A stretch of DNA of 64,000 nucleotides from an uncultured Limnobacter sp. (GCA_964481165.1 CAYZYC010000001.1:12123-76122), one strand, 5' to 3'; counted from the stretch's first letter, positions 1-9,833 are shown. The notes: a model not told the origin generated them from the letters alone. A program made the numbers and translations.

Positions 1-492
1 AACGAGATCGACCTGCCGGCGATGCAGGCGGGCTCGTCGATCATGCCCGGGAAGGTGAACCCGGTGATCCCGGAAGTGATCAACCAGATCGCCTACGAGG
101 TGATCGGCAACGACGTCACCGTCACCTTCGCCGCCGAAGCGGGGCAACTGCAGCTGAACGCCTTCGAGCCGATCATCGCGCACAGCCTGTTCAAGAGCAT
201 CAAGCACCTGCAGCACGGGTGCGAGACGCTCACCGAGCGCTGCGTGCGCGGGATCACCGCGAACCGTGCGCGGCTGCGCGAGATGGTCGAGAACTCGATC
301 GGCATCGTCACGGCGCTGAACCCGTACATCGGCTACGCGAACGCCACCGCCGTGGCCGAGGAGGCCGACGCCACCGGCGGCAGCGTCTACAGGATCGTGC
401 TCGAGCGCGGGCTGATGACGCAGGCGCAGCTCGACCGGCTGATGCGGCCCGAGGAACTCACGCGGCCGCGGCCGATCCGCATCGCCGATTAG
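1..492 (+). CDS. aspA: Aspartate ammonia-lyase (fumarase/aspartase family), 3' part; 5' end lies outside the window
   Basis: Frame open from base 1; fumarate-lyase signature GSSIMPGKVNP, plus GQLQLNAFEP and ALNPYIGY; stop TAG 490-492. Confidence 0.88.
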   Translation, partial: NEIDLPAMQAGSSIMPGKVNPVIPEVINQIAYEVIGNDVTVTFAAEAGQLQLNAFEPIIAHSLFKSIKHLQHGCETLTERCVRGITANRARLREMVENSIGIVTALNPYIGYANATAVAEEADATGGSVYRIVLERGLMTQAQLDRLMRPEELTRPRPIRIAD

Positions 493-665
493 GGCCTGTT
501 CACACTACGCGCTGGCCGGTGCGGAACAGGCGGATCAGCGATTCCGCGTCCGGGTACTTCGCCATCGCCGAGCCTTCGCCCGGCGCCAGCCGAGGCGCCG
601 TCGAAGGCGCCCGAGGCGGCAGCGGGGCGCCCGCGCCGAGGCACCTCAGCTGCCTGGCCGAGACC

Positions 666-712
666 TTGCTTTCTCCGAAAACGGACTGGATAATCTCTCG
701 AAAAGGAGAGAT
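666..712 (+). promoter_or_regulatory. Sigma70-like promoter and candidate palindromic operator of the TA operon
   Basis: TTGCTT (666-671), 17 bp, GATAAT (689-694); inverted repeat ATCTCTC-N6-GAGAGAT (693-712) covering the end of the -10 and the AGGAG SD. Confidence 0.6.
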
Positions 713-713
713 C

Positions 714-1172
714 ATGGGTGCTTCCTCCGGCGCACGACGCGCGTCGAACGCCTACCCGGCCAGTCGATTCGAGCCGCCCGCCTTCGTCGACCTGAGCGCG
801 CGCAGCGAACGCGAGCGCCTGTCGCCCGCGGCGCTGCGCGGTTTCTTCGCGATCGCCGACCGGTGGAAGCTGCGCGACGACGAGGCGCGCGAGCTGCTCG
901 GCGGCGTCTCGAGCAGCGCGTACTACGACTGGAAGAAGAAGCCCGAGCGAACGCTCGACGTCGACCGGATCGTCCGCATCTCGTATCTGGTCGGTATCTA
1001 CAAGGCGCTGCACATTCTCTACGGCGACGAGCTCGCCGACGAATGGGTGCGGCTGCCGAACCGCAACGCGCTGTTCGGCGGCCGCTCGCCGCTCGAGTAC
1101 ATGATCGCCGGCGGGCTGATCGCGATGCAGACGGTGCGCAGGCTGCTCGACGCGCGGCGGGGCGGGGCTTGA
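714..1172 (+). CDS. Antitoxin, Xre/MbcA/ParS (DUF2384-type) family
   Basis: ATG 714 after AGGAG; HTH-like LLGGVSSSAYYDWKK; RISYLVGIYKALHIL; C-terminal WVRLPNRNALFGGRSPLEYM...VRRLLDARRG. Confidence 0.85.
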   Translation: MGASSGARRASNAYPASRFEPPAFVDLSARSERERLSPAALRGFFAIADRWKLRDDEARELLGGVSSSAYYDWKKKPERTLDVDRIVRISYLVGIYKALHILYGDELADEWVRLPNRNALFGGRSPLEYMIAGGLIAMQTVRRLLDARRGGA

Positions 1173-1894
1173 GCAGCGCGCTTCCGCGCACGACGCTCGT
1201 TCGCCGCTTCGACACGGTGCGCCTGATTCCATCGCGCTTCGCGCCGCGCGAGGACTCCGTGCTGGCGGCGATTGCCGAAGACGATACCGACCTGGCGGCT
1301 CTGTTCGAACTGGACAACGCGACCAACGAGCGGCTGCGTGCCGAGCGCGGCCTGGCGCCGGGCATCGGCGTGGAGGAACTGGTGTTCGGCGTGCCGAACT
1401 ACCGGATCGTGAACGCGGCGTTCGTTCACGCGCGCCCGGAAGGAAGTCGCTTCAACGGTCCGGATCGGGGTGCCTGGTACTGCGCGTTCGAGATCGAGAC
1501 GGCGCTCGCCGAGATCGCCTTCCACAAGACCGTGGAGTACGAGGAAATCGGTCGCTTCGACGACAGCGTCACCTACGAGGCGTTTCTCGCCGACTTCTCG
1601 CACGAGTTCCACGACCTGCGCGGCGATGCACGCTTCGCACGCTGCCTCGACCCGGCGAGCTACGTGGCCTCGCAGCGTCTGGCCGAGCGGCTCCTCGAGC
1701 GCGCGTCGATCGGCGTCGTCTACCCGAGCGTGCGCCGGCCGACGGGCACCAACCTCGCGTGCTTTCGCCCGGCGGTGGTCGGAAATGTGCGACGCGGGGA
1801 AGGGTGGCGGTTCACGTGGTCGGGGTCCCGGGAGCCGACCATCGTGCGCGAGGCGGCCGCGGCGCACGCGAGGCGGTTGCGGCGACGGCCGTAG
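1169..1894 (+). CDS. RES-domain toxin (putative NAD+ phosphorylase/ADP-ribosyltransferase-like)
   Basis: TTG start overlapping the antitoxin stop (TTGA); RLIPSRF, GSRFNGPDRGAWY, TALAE, YPSVR, NLACFRP motifs. Confidence 0.85.
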   Translation: MSSALPRTTLVRRFDTVRLIPSRFAPREDSVLAAIAEDDTDLAALFELDNATNERLRAERGLAPGIGVEELVFGVPNYRIVNAAFVHARPEGSRFNGPDRGAWYCAFEIETALAEIAFHKTVEYEEIGRFDDSVTYEAFLADFSHEFHDLRGDARFARCLDPASYVASQRLAERLLERASIGVVYPSVRRPTGTNLACFRPAVVGNVRRGEGWRFTWSGSREPTIVREAAAAHARRLRRRP

Positions 1895-1927
1895 GGAACT
1901 TCAAGCTGCCACTTCGACGCTTCGCCT

Positions 1928-2665
1928 TCACCTGCGCGGTCGCGACCCGGATGCTGCCGCCGGATTACGCCGGTACGGCTCCTCGAATTCGAGGAAGTCG
2001 TTCTCGGCGAGCGCACCGGACACCCAGTCGGCAACGCCGCGCGCCTGCAGCACGCGCGCAACGTAGCCTTCGGAGCTCGATTCGAGCGGCACTCCGTAGG
2101 TGCGAAAGCGCGAGGCGACCGGAGCGTAGAACGCGTCGGCGATGCCGAAGGTGCCGAACAGGAAAGGCCCTCCGGAAATCGCGAGACAGTCGGCCCAGAT
2201 CTCCTCGACGCGCGCGACCTCGTCGCGCACCGCCGCCTGTTCGCGCACGATGCGCGGACCGATCTCGGGCAACTGCGCCTCGATGTTCAACGGGAAGTGC
2301 GTGCGCAGCGCGGTGAAGCCCGAGTGCATCTCGGCGACGATCGAGCGCGCGCGGGTGCGCGCTGCGCGCGAAGCGGGCCACAGCCGCCGGTCGGGATGCA
2401 ATTCGGCCAGGAACTCGGCGATCGACAGCGTGTCCCAGATCACCTGCATGCGCCCGTCGACCTCGGTCTGCAGCACGGGGACCTTGCCGGTGGGGCTCAG
2501 TCCTGCCAGTTCCCTCTTGAATCGCGAATCGGCGGCGAAGGAATCGAAGCGCACCATGACTTCTTCGAACGGGATCTGCGCATGGCGCATCAGCACCCAC
2601 GGGCGCATCGACCACGACGAGTAGTTCTTGTTGCCGATGAAAAGCTTCATGGGTGCCGGCGTCAT
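1928..2665 (-). CDS. Glutathione S-transferase family protein
   Basis: GNKNYSSWSMRPW, SPTGKVPVL, IADAFYAPV; ATGA overlap with the upstream SDR. Confidence 0.9.
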   Translation of the reverse strand: MTPAPMKLFIGNKNYSSWSMRPWVLMRHAQIPFEEVMVRFDSFAADSRFKRELAGLSPTGKVPVLQTEVDGRMQVIWDTLSIAEFLAELHPDRRLWPASRAARTRARSIVAEMHSGFTALRTHFPLNIEAQLPEIGPRIVREQAAVRDEVARVEEIWADCLAISGGPFLFGTFGIADAFYAPVASRFRTYGVPLESSSEGYVARVLQARGVADWVSGALAENDFLEFEEPYRRNPAAASGSRPRR

Positions 2666-3414
2666 TGCGCGAGGTAGGCTCCGTCGACCGGATGGTAGCT
2701 GCCCGTGACGAACGAAGCTTTCGCCGAACTGAGCCACAACACCAGTTCCGCGACCTCCTCGGAGCGGCCGAGCCTGCCGATCGGGTGCAGCGAAACGAGG
2801 CCCTTGCGCACCTCGTCGGGCAGGTTCTCGAGCAAGGGCGTGTCGATGTACGCGGGGCCCACGGCGTTCACGCGAATGCCGCGCGTCGCATACTCGATCG
2901 CAGCGGCACGCGTCAGCCCGACGACGCCGTGCTTGGCCGCCACGTACGGCGAGTGCCCGGGCGCGGCCACCTGCCCGAGGATCGACGCCATGTTGACGAT
3001 CGCTCCGCCGCCGGCCGCGAGCATGGCGGGAACCTGGTAGCGCATTCCGTAGAAGACGCCGGACAGGTTGATTCCGATCACGCGGTCCCACTCCTCGGGC
3101 GGCATCTCGCCTACCGGGTGATCGGCCCCGCCGATGCCGGCGTTGTTGCACGCTACGTGCAACGCGCCGTACTTCTTCAGCGTCTGCGCGACGAGCGATT
3201 CATTGTCGGCGGGCTTCGACGTGTCGGCGCGCACGAAGAAGGAATCGCCACCGGCCGCCGCAATCTGCGACACGGTTTCCCGGCCCGGCGCTTCTGCGAT
3301 GTCGGACACCACGACGCGAGCGCCGGCCGCGGCGTAGGAAAGCGCGACGGCGCGCCCGATCCCCGATCCGGCGCCGGTCACCACCGCGACGCGGTCGGCA
3401 AGCAGTTTCTCCAT
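2662..3414 (-). CDS. Short-chain dehydrogenase/reductase
   Basis: TGAGSGIG, NNAG, YVAAKHG, DGAY. Confidence 0.92.
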   Translation of the reverse strand: MEKLLADRVAVVTGAGSGIGRAVALSYAAAGARVVVSDIAEAPGRETVSQIAAAGGDSFFVRADTSKPADNESLVAQTLKKYGALHVACNNAGIGGADHPVGEMPPEEWDRVIGINLSGVFYGMRYQVPAMLAAGGGAIVNMASILGQVAAPGHSPYVAAKHGVVGLTRAAAIEYATRGIRVNAVGPAYIDTPLLENLPDEVRKGLVSLHPIGRLGRSEEVAELVLWLSSAKASFVTGSYHPVDGAYLAQ

Positions 3415-3516
3415 GGTGCTCCCTTCCTCCGATGTGGCTGCATTCGATCCGGCATTGTGCACTGGATCGTCCGGCACCCGGCGGCAGTGCGCGCCCGGGT
3501 AAGATGGCCGCCAAGC

Positions 3517-4629
3517 ATGCAGCGCGCCCGAAACGAAACTGCCTCTTCCCCGGGAAAGCCCCGATCGCGCGGCACGCGCCCGCTCGACATCGCGCTGCAG
3601 GGCGGCGGTGCGCACGGGGCGTTCACCTGGGGCGTACTCGACCGCCTGCTCGAGGATCAGCGCATCGCCATCTGCGGCATCAGCGGAACGAGCGCGGGCG
3701 CCATGAACGCGGTCGTGCTCGCGTCGGGTCTGCTGCACGGAGGCAACGCCGGGGCGCGCGACGCGCTGCGCGAGTTCTGGTCGCAGGTCGCCTCCGCCAG
3801 CGCGAATCCGCTCAGCCGGGGGCTGTTCGGCGCCGTCTTCGGCAACGCGTTCTCGACGTGGTCGCCGATGTCGGCGTATTTCGATTTCACCGCGGCGAGC
3901 CGGATCCTGTCGCCGTACCAGTTCAACCCGTTCAACCTGAATCCGCTGCGCGACATCGTCGCGGACATCGTCGACTTCGAAGCGATCCGCGCGAGCGACC
4001 TGCCTCGCTTGTTCGTCGCAGCGACGCACGTGCGTTCGGGCCGGATGCGCATCTTCCGCAACGCCGAATTGAGCGTCGACGCGCTGATGGCGTCGGCGTG
4101 CCTGCCGACGCTGTTCCAGGCGGTCGAGATCGACGGCGAGGCGTACTGGGACGGCGGGTACATGGGCAATCCGTCGCTGTTCCCGCTGATCGAGGAAACA
4201 CCGGCGAACGACCTGCTTCTCGTGCAGGTCAACCCGTCGCAGCGCGAGACCGTGCCGACGCGCTCGCCGGAGATCCTCGAGCGCATCGACGAGATCACGT
4301 TCCAGGGCAGCCTGATCAAGGAGCTGCGCACGGTTGCGATGCTGCAGCGGCTGATCCGCGCCGAGGGCAGGCCGGGGCACCAGTATCGCGAACCGCTGTT
4401 CGGCCAGATCGATGCGCTGTCGATGCATCGCCTCGAAGGAGGAGAGACCCTCGGCGCCATGGGGGCCTCGAGCAAGCTCGATACCGACTGGACTTCGCTG
4501 CAGCGGCTGCATCGCGAAGGCTACGCGAGCGCCGACGCGTGGCTGAGCGTGAACTTCACGCACCTGGGCCGGCGATCGAGCTTCGACCTGTCGCGCGAGT
4601 TCGGCACGTCGCGCGCGACCGAGGCCTGA
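3517..4629 (+). CDS. Patatin-like phospholipase/esterase
   Basis: ALQGGGAHGAF, GTSAG nucleophile elbow, DGG motif; start approximate. Confidence 0.88.
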   Translation: MQRARNETASSPGKPRSRGTRPLDIALQGGGAHGAFTWGVLDRLLEDQRIAICGISGTSAGAMNAVVLASGLLHGGNAGARDALREFWSQVASASANPLSRGLFGAVFGNAFSTWSPMSAYFDFTAASRILSPYQFNPFNLNPLRDIVADIVDFEAIRASDLPRLFVAATHVRSGRMRIFRNAELSVDALMASACLPTLFQAVEIDGEAYWDGGYMGNPSLFPLIEETPANDLLLVQVNPSQRETVPTRSPEILERIDEITFQGSLIKELRTVAMLQRLIRAEGRPGHQYREPLFGQIDALSMHRLEGGETLGAMGASSKLDTDWTSLQRLHREGYASADAWLSVNFTHLGRRSSFDLSREFGTSRATEA

Positions 4630-4695
4630 CGCGCGAGCCCGGCGAGTCTGTCACCATTCGGTATTGCGCTCCCCCGGAGCCGACCGTCGACCTCC

Positions 4696-6363
4696 ATGCC
4701 AGAAGAACACTCGAACGACCCACGATCGCACGGATCGGTGGAGCAACCGGCCCGCGATCGGATTCGCGAGCGGATGGCGGCGCTCGCGCCGCAGGTGCTG
4801 CGCACGCTTCGCCGCGGAATCGAGAAGGAGAGCCTGCGCGTGCGGCCGGACGGGATGCTCGCGGACACGCCGCACCCCGTTGCGCTCGGATCGGCGCTTG
4901 CCCATCCGCACATCACGACCGATTTCAGCGAATCGCAACTCGAACTGATCACCGGAGTCCACGAGGCTGCCGATGACTGCCTGGCCGAACTGACCGAGAT
5001 CCACCGGTTCGTTCACCGGCAACTCGGCGACGGCGAAATGCTCTGGGCGGCAAGCATGCCGTGCGGGCTTCCCGCCGACGACGCGATTCCGCTCGGCCGC
5101 TACGGAAGCTCGAACGTCGGACGCGCCAAGACCGTCTATCGGCAAGGGCTCTCGCATCGCTACGGCCGCCGGATGCAGACGATCTCCGGGATCCACTACA
5201 ACTTCTCGTTGCCCGAAGCAGGCTGGTCGGCGCTGCAGCACATCGACGGCTCCGGCGACAGCGAACGCGCGTACCGCGATGCCGCGTATTTCGCACTGAT
5301 CCGCAACTTTCGCCGGCACTCGTGGCTGCTGCTGTACCTGTTCGGTGCATCGCCGGCGGTCTGCCATACCTTCCTGGCCGGCCAGCCGCACAACCTCCAG
5401 CAACTCGAACCGGGCACGCTGTACCTGCCCGACGCCACGTCGTTGCGCATGGGCCCGCTCGGATACCAGAGCGACGCCCAGTCGTCGCTGGCGGTCAGCT
5501 TCAACAGCCTGGAGAGCTATGCGGCTTCGTTGTCGCGCGCGCTCTCCGAACCGTATCCGGCGTACGAGCGGGTCGGCATCCACGATGGAAACGGGCTGTA
5601 CCGCCAGTTGGCAACCACGCTGCTGCAGATCGAGAACGAGTTCTACGGGACGATCCGTCCCAAGAGGAGCATCCGCAGCGGCGAACGACCGCTGCGTGCC
5701 TTGTCCGATCGAGGCGTCGAGTACGTCGAAGTACGATGCCTGGACCTCGATCCTTTCCATTCGATCGGGATCTCCGGTCAGACGCTGCGTTTCCTCGACG
5801 TGTTCCTTCTGCATTGCCTTTTCGCGCCGAGTCCCGACGACACGCCCGAGGAGATCGCCGCACTCTCGCGCAACCAGCACGACGTGGCGCAGCGCGGCCG
5901 CGAAACCGGACTGCGCCTGTGCCGGACCGACGGCGAGATCGAGCTGGTTCGCTGGGGAAGCGAGTTGCTGCGGCAATGCGAGCCGATCGCGGAGGCGCTG
6001 GACGCGGCGCAGTTGGTCGACGCGACATCGGCCGACGCGCGCGCCTATCGCGACGTGCTGCGCGCCGCGCAGCAGGCACTCGACGACGCGTCGCGAACTC
6101 CGTCGGCGCGAACGCTGGAAGAGATGCGCCGGGACTTCGGCAATTCGTTCTCGCGCTTCGCGCTTGCCCGCTCGCTGGCGAACCGGGACGAACTGCTCGC
6201 GGGCGCGCTGACGCCGCAGGCCGAGCAGCGGCAGCGGCGACTGGCCGAAGAGTCGCTGCGCGAACAGCATCGGATCGAAGCGGCCGACGACATGTCGTTC
6301 GAGACGTATCGGCAGCGCTATCTCGCCGGCGAACTGCCGTCGACGTCGGCACCCACGCGCTGA
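4696..6363 (+). CDS. gshA: Glutamate--cysteine ligase
   Basis: RGIEKESLR, HITTDFSESQLELIT, ISGIHYNFS, ATSLRM, LQIENEFY, YVEVRCLD. Confidence 0.93.
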   Translation: MPEEHSNDPRSHGSVEQPARDRIRERMAALAPQVLRTLRRGIEKESLRVRPDGMLADTPHPVALGSALAHPHITTDFSESQLELITGVHEAADDCLAELTEIHRFVHRQLGDGEMLWAASMPCGLPADDAIPLGRYGSSNVGRAKTVYRQGLSHRYGRRMQTISGIHYNFSLPEAGWSALQHIDGSGDSERAYRDAAYFALIRNFRRHSWLLLYLFGASPAVCHTFLAGQPHNLQQLEPGTLYLPDATSLRMGPLGYQSDAQSSLAVSFNSLESYAASLSRALSEPYPAYERVGIHDGNGLYRQLATTLLQIENEFYGTIRPKRSIRSGERPLRALSDRGVEYVEVRCLDLDPFHSIGISGQTLRFLDVFLLHCLFAPSPDDTPEEIAALSRNQHDVAQRGRETGLRLCRTDGEIELVRWGSELLRQCEPIAEALDAAQLVDATSADARAYRDVLRAAQQALDDASRTPSARTLEEMRRDFGNSFSRFALARSLANRDELLAGALTPQAEQRQRRLAEESLREQHRIEAADDMSFETYRQRYLAGELPSTSAPTR

Positions 6364-6399
6364 GGCCGTCCCTGGAACCGCGGTCGGTCGTCCCGGCGC

Positions 6400-7446
6400 C
6401 TACGGAATCGCGCCGTCCAGGCGGCGCTTGAGCGCGCCGAAACGCCTGCGATATTGCGCAGGCGTCAGCGCGACACGGCGGCGAAACAGCCTGCCGAAGA
6501 AGCTCGCATCCTGGTAGCCGACGTCGACGGCGATCGCCTCGACGGGCGTGTCGCCGGACTCGAGCATCTGCTTGGCCTCCTCGAGGCGCAGCGTGTGGAC
6601 GTACTCGATCGGCGTCATCCCCGTGGCGAGCGTGAAACGCCGCTTGAACGTGCGCTCGGGCAGCCCCGACAACGCGACCATCCGGGCCACCGGAGCCTCG
6701 ACGTGGTAGTTCCGCGCGGCCCACTGCTGGCACCGCTGCACGACCGGGTCGGCGCTCTGCGCGCCGTGCGTCAGCGACGCATACGCGATCGGGCTCGTTG
6801 CGTTCCAGTCCATCAGGTTGATCCGCGCGACCTGCATCGCCGCCTCGGTACCTGCATGGCGTGCGATCAGCGCGAGCACCAGCTGGTGCCAGGAGATGCC
6901 GCTGCCCGCCATCAGGATGCGCTGGTTCGTGCCGGCGGCGACGAGCCCGCGTTCCGGATGCCAGCGCACGGCCGGGTATTCGCGGCGCAGCGCATCGCAA
7001 TAGGCCCAGTGCGAGGTGGCATCGCTTCCTTCGAGGAGCCCGGTCCGGGCGAGCAGCAGGGCGCCCGAGCACGCCGACGCGACCCACGATCCGGCGTCGT
7101 GGCACCGGCGGATCCACGCGGCTTCGCGATCGTAGCGATCGCCGATCGGTACACCGGGCGCTACTGCCAGATCGGTGATGCAGACGATGTCGGGCCGCGC
7201 GATCGACTCGAAGCCCGCGTCGGGCGTGATCCGCACTCCGTTGGCCGCCGTGAACGGCAGGCCGTCGCGCGAGACGACCTGCGGTCGAAACGGCGACTCG
7301 CCGCTGCGCCCGTGCACGAACTGCCAGTCGCGGCAGGTGCCGGCCAACGCGTCGTGAAAACCGTACAGCGTCGACGCGCTGACGTCGGGCACCGCGAGCA
7401 GCGCGACGTGGACCGGTGCAGCCTTCGGGCGCGTCGAATCGGCCAT
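6400..7446 (-). CDS. GlxA-type AraC transcriptional regulator (DJ-1/PfpI-like plus AraC HTH)
   Basis: ASACSG, ATSHW, ERTFKRRF, VGYQDASFFGRLFRR. Confidence 0.9.
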   Translation of the reverse strand: MADSTRPKAAPVHVALLAVPDVSASTLYGFHDALAGTCRDWQFVHGRSGESPFRPQVVSRDGLPFTAANGVRITPDAGFESIARPDIVCITDLAVAPGVPIGDRYDREAAWIRRCHDAGSWVASACSGALLLARTGLLEGSDATSHWAYCDALRREYPAVRWHPERGLVAAGTNQRILMAGSGISWHQLVLALIARHAGTEAAMQVARINLMDWNATSPIAYASLTHGAQSADPVVQRCQQWAARNYHVEAPVARMVALSGLPERTFKRRFTLATGMTPIEYVHTLRLEEAKQMLESGDTPVEAIAVDVGYQDASFFGRLFRRRVALTPAQYRRRFGALKRRLDGAIP

Positions 7447-7586
7447 GGCATGGATGTCCGGTTTGTTGCACGAATCACTTTAGTCGAATCGGGCCACGCG
7501 CGACACACTGCACGAACGGATCGGCAGAACTCGCCCGGCCGGGCGAACCCTGCCGTTGTTTCCTTTTTCGACACGGAGCAGAAGTC

Positions 7587-8963
7587 ATGAGTCACGTAGA
7601 CCAGGCCGGAAATCGGGTATCCGGCGCGAACGCCGCCGGGCTTGCGCTGTTCGAGATGGCAGCCCACGAGCTTCGCTGCCTGGTCGCCGATCCGGTGGCG
7701 ACCGTCGACCGGGCGATCGCGGAGTGCCCCTCCATGACGATGGCGCACGTGCTTCGCGGCTGGCTGCACCTGCTCGGTACCGAGCCCTCGGGACTGCCGG
7801 TCGCGCGCGAATGCGCCGACGCCGCCGGCGCATTGCCGGCAAACGAGCGCGAACGCGCGCACATCGTCGCGCTGCGCGCGCTGTGCGACGGGCACTGGCG
7901 CCGCGCCGGGCAACTCCTCGAGGACCTGAGCGTGCGCCACCCGCTCGACGCGCTCGCGTTGCAGGCCGGGCACCAGATCGATTTCTTCTGCGGAAATTCG
8001 CGGATGCTGCGCGACCGGATCGCGCGCGCACTTCCCGCATGGGAACCGGCGATTCCCGGCTATCACGCGTTGCTCGGAATGCACGCGTTCGGTCTCGAGG
8101 AGACCGGCGACTACGCGCAGGCCGAACGGCAGGGCCGGCGCAGCGTCGAGCTGCAGTCGCGCGACACCTGGGCCTGGCACGCGGTCTCGCACGTCTGCGA
8201 AATGCGCAACCGTCCGGACGAGGGCATCGCGTGGTTGCGATCGAATCCGCAGGCATGGTCGCAGGACAGTTTCCTGTCGGTGCACAACTGGTGGCACCTG
8301 GCGGTGTTCCACCTCGAGCGCGACGAGGTCGACGAGGTGCTGCGGCTTTTCGACGGCCCGATCTTCGGTGCGCGCTCGGCAGTGGTGATCGACCTGATCG
8401 ACGCCAGCGCCTTGCTGTGGCGCCTGCAGCTGCGCGGCGTCGACGTCGGCGATCGATGGCGCGACGTAGCTGACCGGTGGGAGCCGATCGCAGACGCGGG
8501 GAACTATGCCTTCAACGACATGCACGCGATGATGGCCTTCGTCGGCGCCGATCGCCCCGGCGCCCGGCTCCGCGTGCTCGATGCGCAACGCGCCGCCCTC
8601 GGCGCCGGCGGCGACAACGCCGATTTCACGCGCGACGTCGGCGCGTCGGCGACGCGTGCGATCCTGGCGTTCGCCGAGGGCGATTACGCGCAATGCGTCG
8701 GACTGCTGCGCCCGGTGCGCAGCTACGCGCATCGCTTCGGCGGCAGTCACGCGCAGCGCGACGTGATCGACCTGACGCTGATCGAGGCAGCGATCCGCAG
8801 CGGCGACCGTGCTCTCGCTTCGGCGCTCGCAGCCGAACGGGTCGCGCTTCGCCCGTCGAGTGCGCCGGCGTTGCGTCTGGCTACCCGCGCGGCGCAGGCC
8901 GACAGCGCCGACGAGCCCGGGAGCGGGCTTGCGCCGGCTGCGCTCGCAGCGACCGCCGCATAG
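7587..8963 (+). CDS. TTC38-like tetratricopeptide repeat protein
   Basis: ATG after GGAG; GMHAFGLEE, WAWHAVSHVCEM, HNWWHLA, DASALLWRL, GGSHAQRD. Confidence 0.82.
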   Translation: MSHVDQAGNRVSGANAAGLALFEMAAHELRCLVADPVATVDRAIAECPSMTMAHVLRGWLHLLGTEPSGLPVARECADAAGALPANERERAHIVALRALCDGHWRRAGQLLEDLSVRHPLDALALQAGHQIDFFCGNSRMLRDRIARALPAWEPAIPGYHALLGMHAFGLEETGDYAQAERQGRRSVELQSRDTWAWHAVSHVCEMRNRPDEGIAWLRSNPQAWSQDSFLSVHNWWHLAVFHLERDEVDEVLRLFDGPIFGARSAVVIDLIDASALLWRLQLRGVDVGDRWRDVADRWEPIADAGNYAFNDMHAMMAFVGADRPGARLRVLDAQRAALGAGGDNADFTRDVGASATRAILAFAEGDYAQCVGLLRPVRSYAHRFGGSHAQRDVIDLTLIEAAIRSGDRALASALAAERVALRPSSAPALRLATRAAQADSADEPGSGLAPAALAATAA

Positions 8964-9041
8964 CAGAGGCGGGCATCCGATGTGCTGCTATCCGGACCGC
9001 GGCCGCGCGCATGGGCGCCGGCCGCAGATCGGAGACGCTGG

Positions 9042-9806
9042 ATGGCGGCACGCATTGCACCCGGATTCCGCACGCGCCGCTCGCTGATTCTCGTGGGGTT
9101 CGCAGCGGCCGCGTCCGGCTGCGCGACCCACTTTCCGGCGCCGCGCGCAGGCAGGCTCGCGCTGCCGCCGGTGGCGACGCCGCCGTCTGCTGCGAAGGCG
9201 GTTTCGGCGCCGCAGGTCCTGCGTCCGCGCCGCGCCGACTTCGGCTCCGTGCCGGCCTCGCGTGCGGCACGCGAGGTCGCCGACTGGGCCGTTGCCTCGG
9301 GCGACCCCCGGGGACTTCCGTTCCTGATCGTCGACAAGATCGGTGCGCGCATGTTCGTCTTCGACAGCAAGGGTCGACTGCGCGGAAACAGCGCGGTGCT
9401 GCTGGGCGCCGCGCACGGCGACGAAACCGTTCCGGGAATCGGCGAGCGTGCGATCGCCGCGATCCGCCCGCACGAACGCACGACGCCGGCAGGCCGATTC
9501 GTCGCGGAACGCGGACGCAACGCGCACGGCGAGGACATCGTCTGGGTCGACTACGACGCTGCCGTCTCGATGCATCGCGTCCGTGCGACGGTTCCGGCGG
9601 AACGCCGCCTCGAGCGCCTGCGCACGCCGACGACGAACGACAACCGCATCTCGTACGGGTGCATCAACGTGCCGGCGAAGTTCTACGACCGCTACGTCGT
9701 TCCGGCTTTTCGCGACGAAGTCGCGATCGTCTACGTGCTCCCCGAAACCGGTTCGGTGCACTCGCGCTTCGGGATTCCCCGGGTGCGTGCGCGCGCCGGT
9801 TCCTGA
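9042..9806 (+). CDS. L,D-transpeptidase-like (YkuD-related) putative lipoprotein
   Basis: Lipobox-like AASGC; IVDK, TTPAGRF, SMHRV...NRISYGCINV catalytic-like His/Cys; start uncertain (8982 or 9042). Confidence 0.65.
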   Translation: MAARIAPGFRTRRSLILVGFAAAASGCATHFPAPRAGRLALPPVATPPSAAKAVSAPQVLRPRRADFGSVPASRAAREVADWAVASGDPRGLPFLIVDKIGARMFVFDSKGRLRGNSAVLLGAAHGDETVPGIGERAIAAIRPHERTTPAGRFVAERGRNAHGEDIVWVDYDAAVSMHRVRATVPAERRLERLRTPTTNDNRISYGCINVPAKFYDRYVVPAFRDEVAIVYVLPETGSVHSRFGIPRVRARAGS

Positions 9807-9833
9807 GGCGCCTGCAGCCGCCGGATCCGGGCG

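Noticed and set aside
2653-4629. Apparent fully overlapping antisense pair (658-aa and 633-aa ORFs)
   Set aside because: The real SDR (2662-3414) and patatin (about 3517-4629) genes do not overlap; the extensions are mutual antisense shadows.
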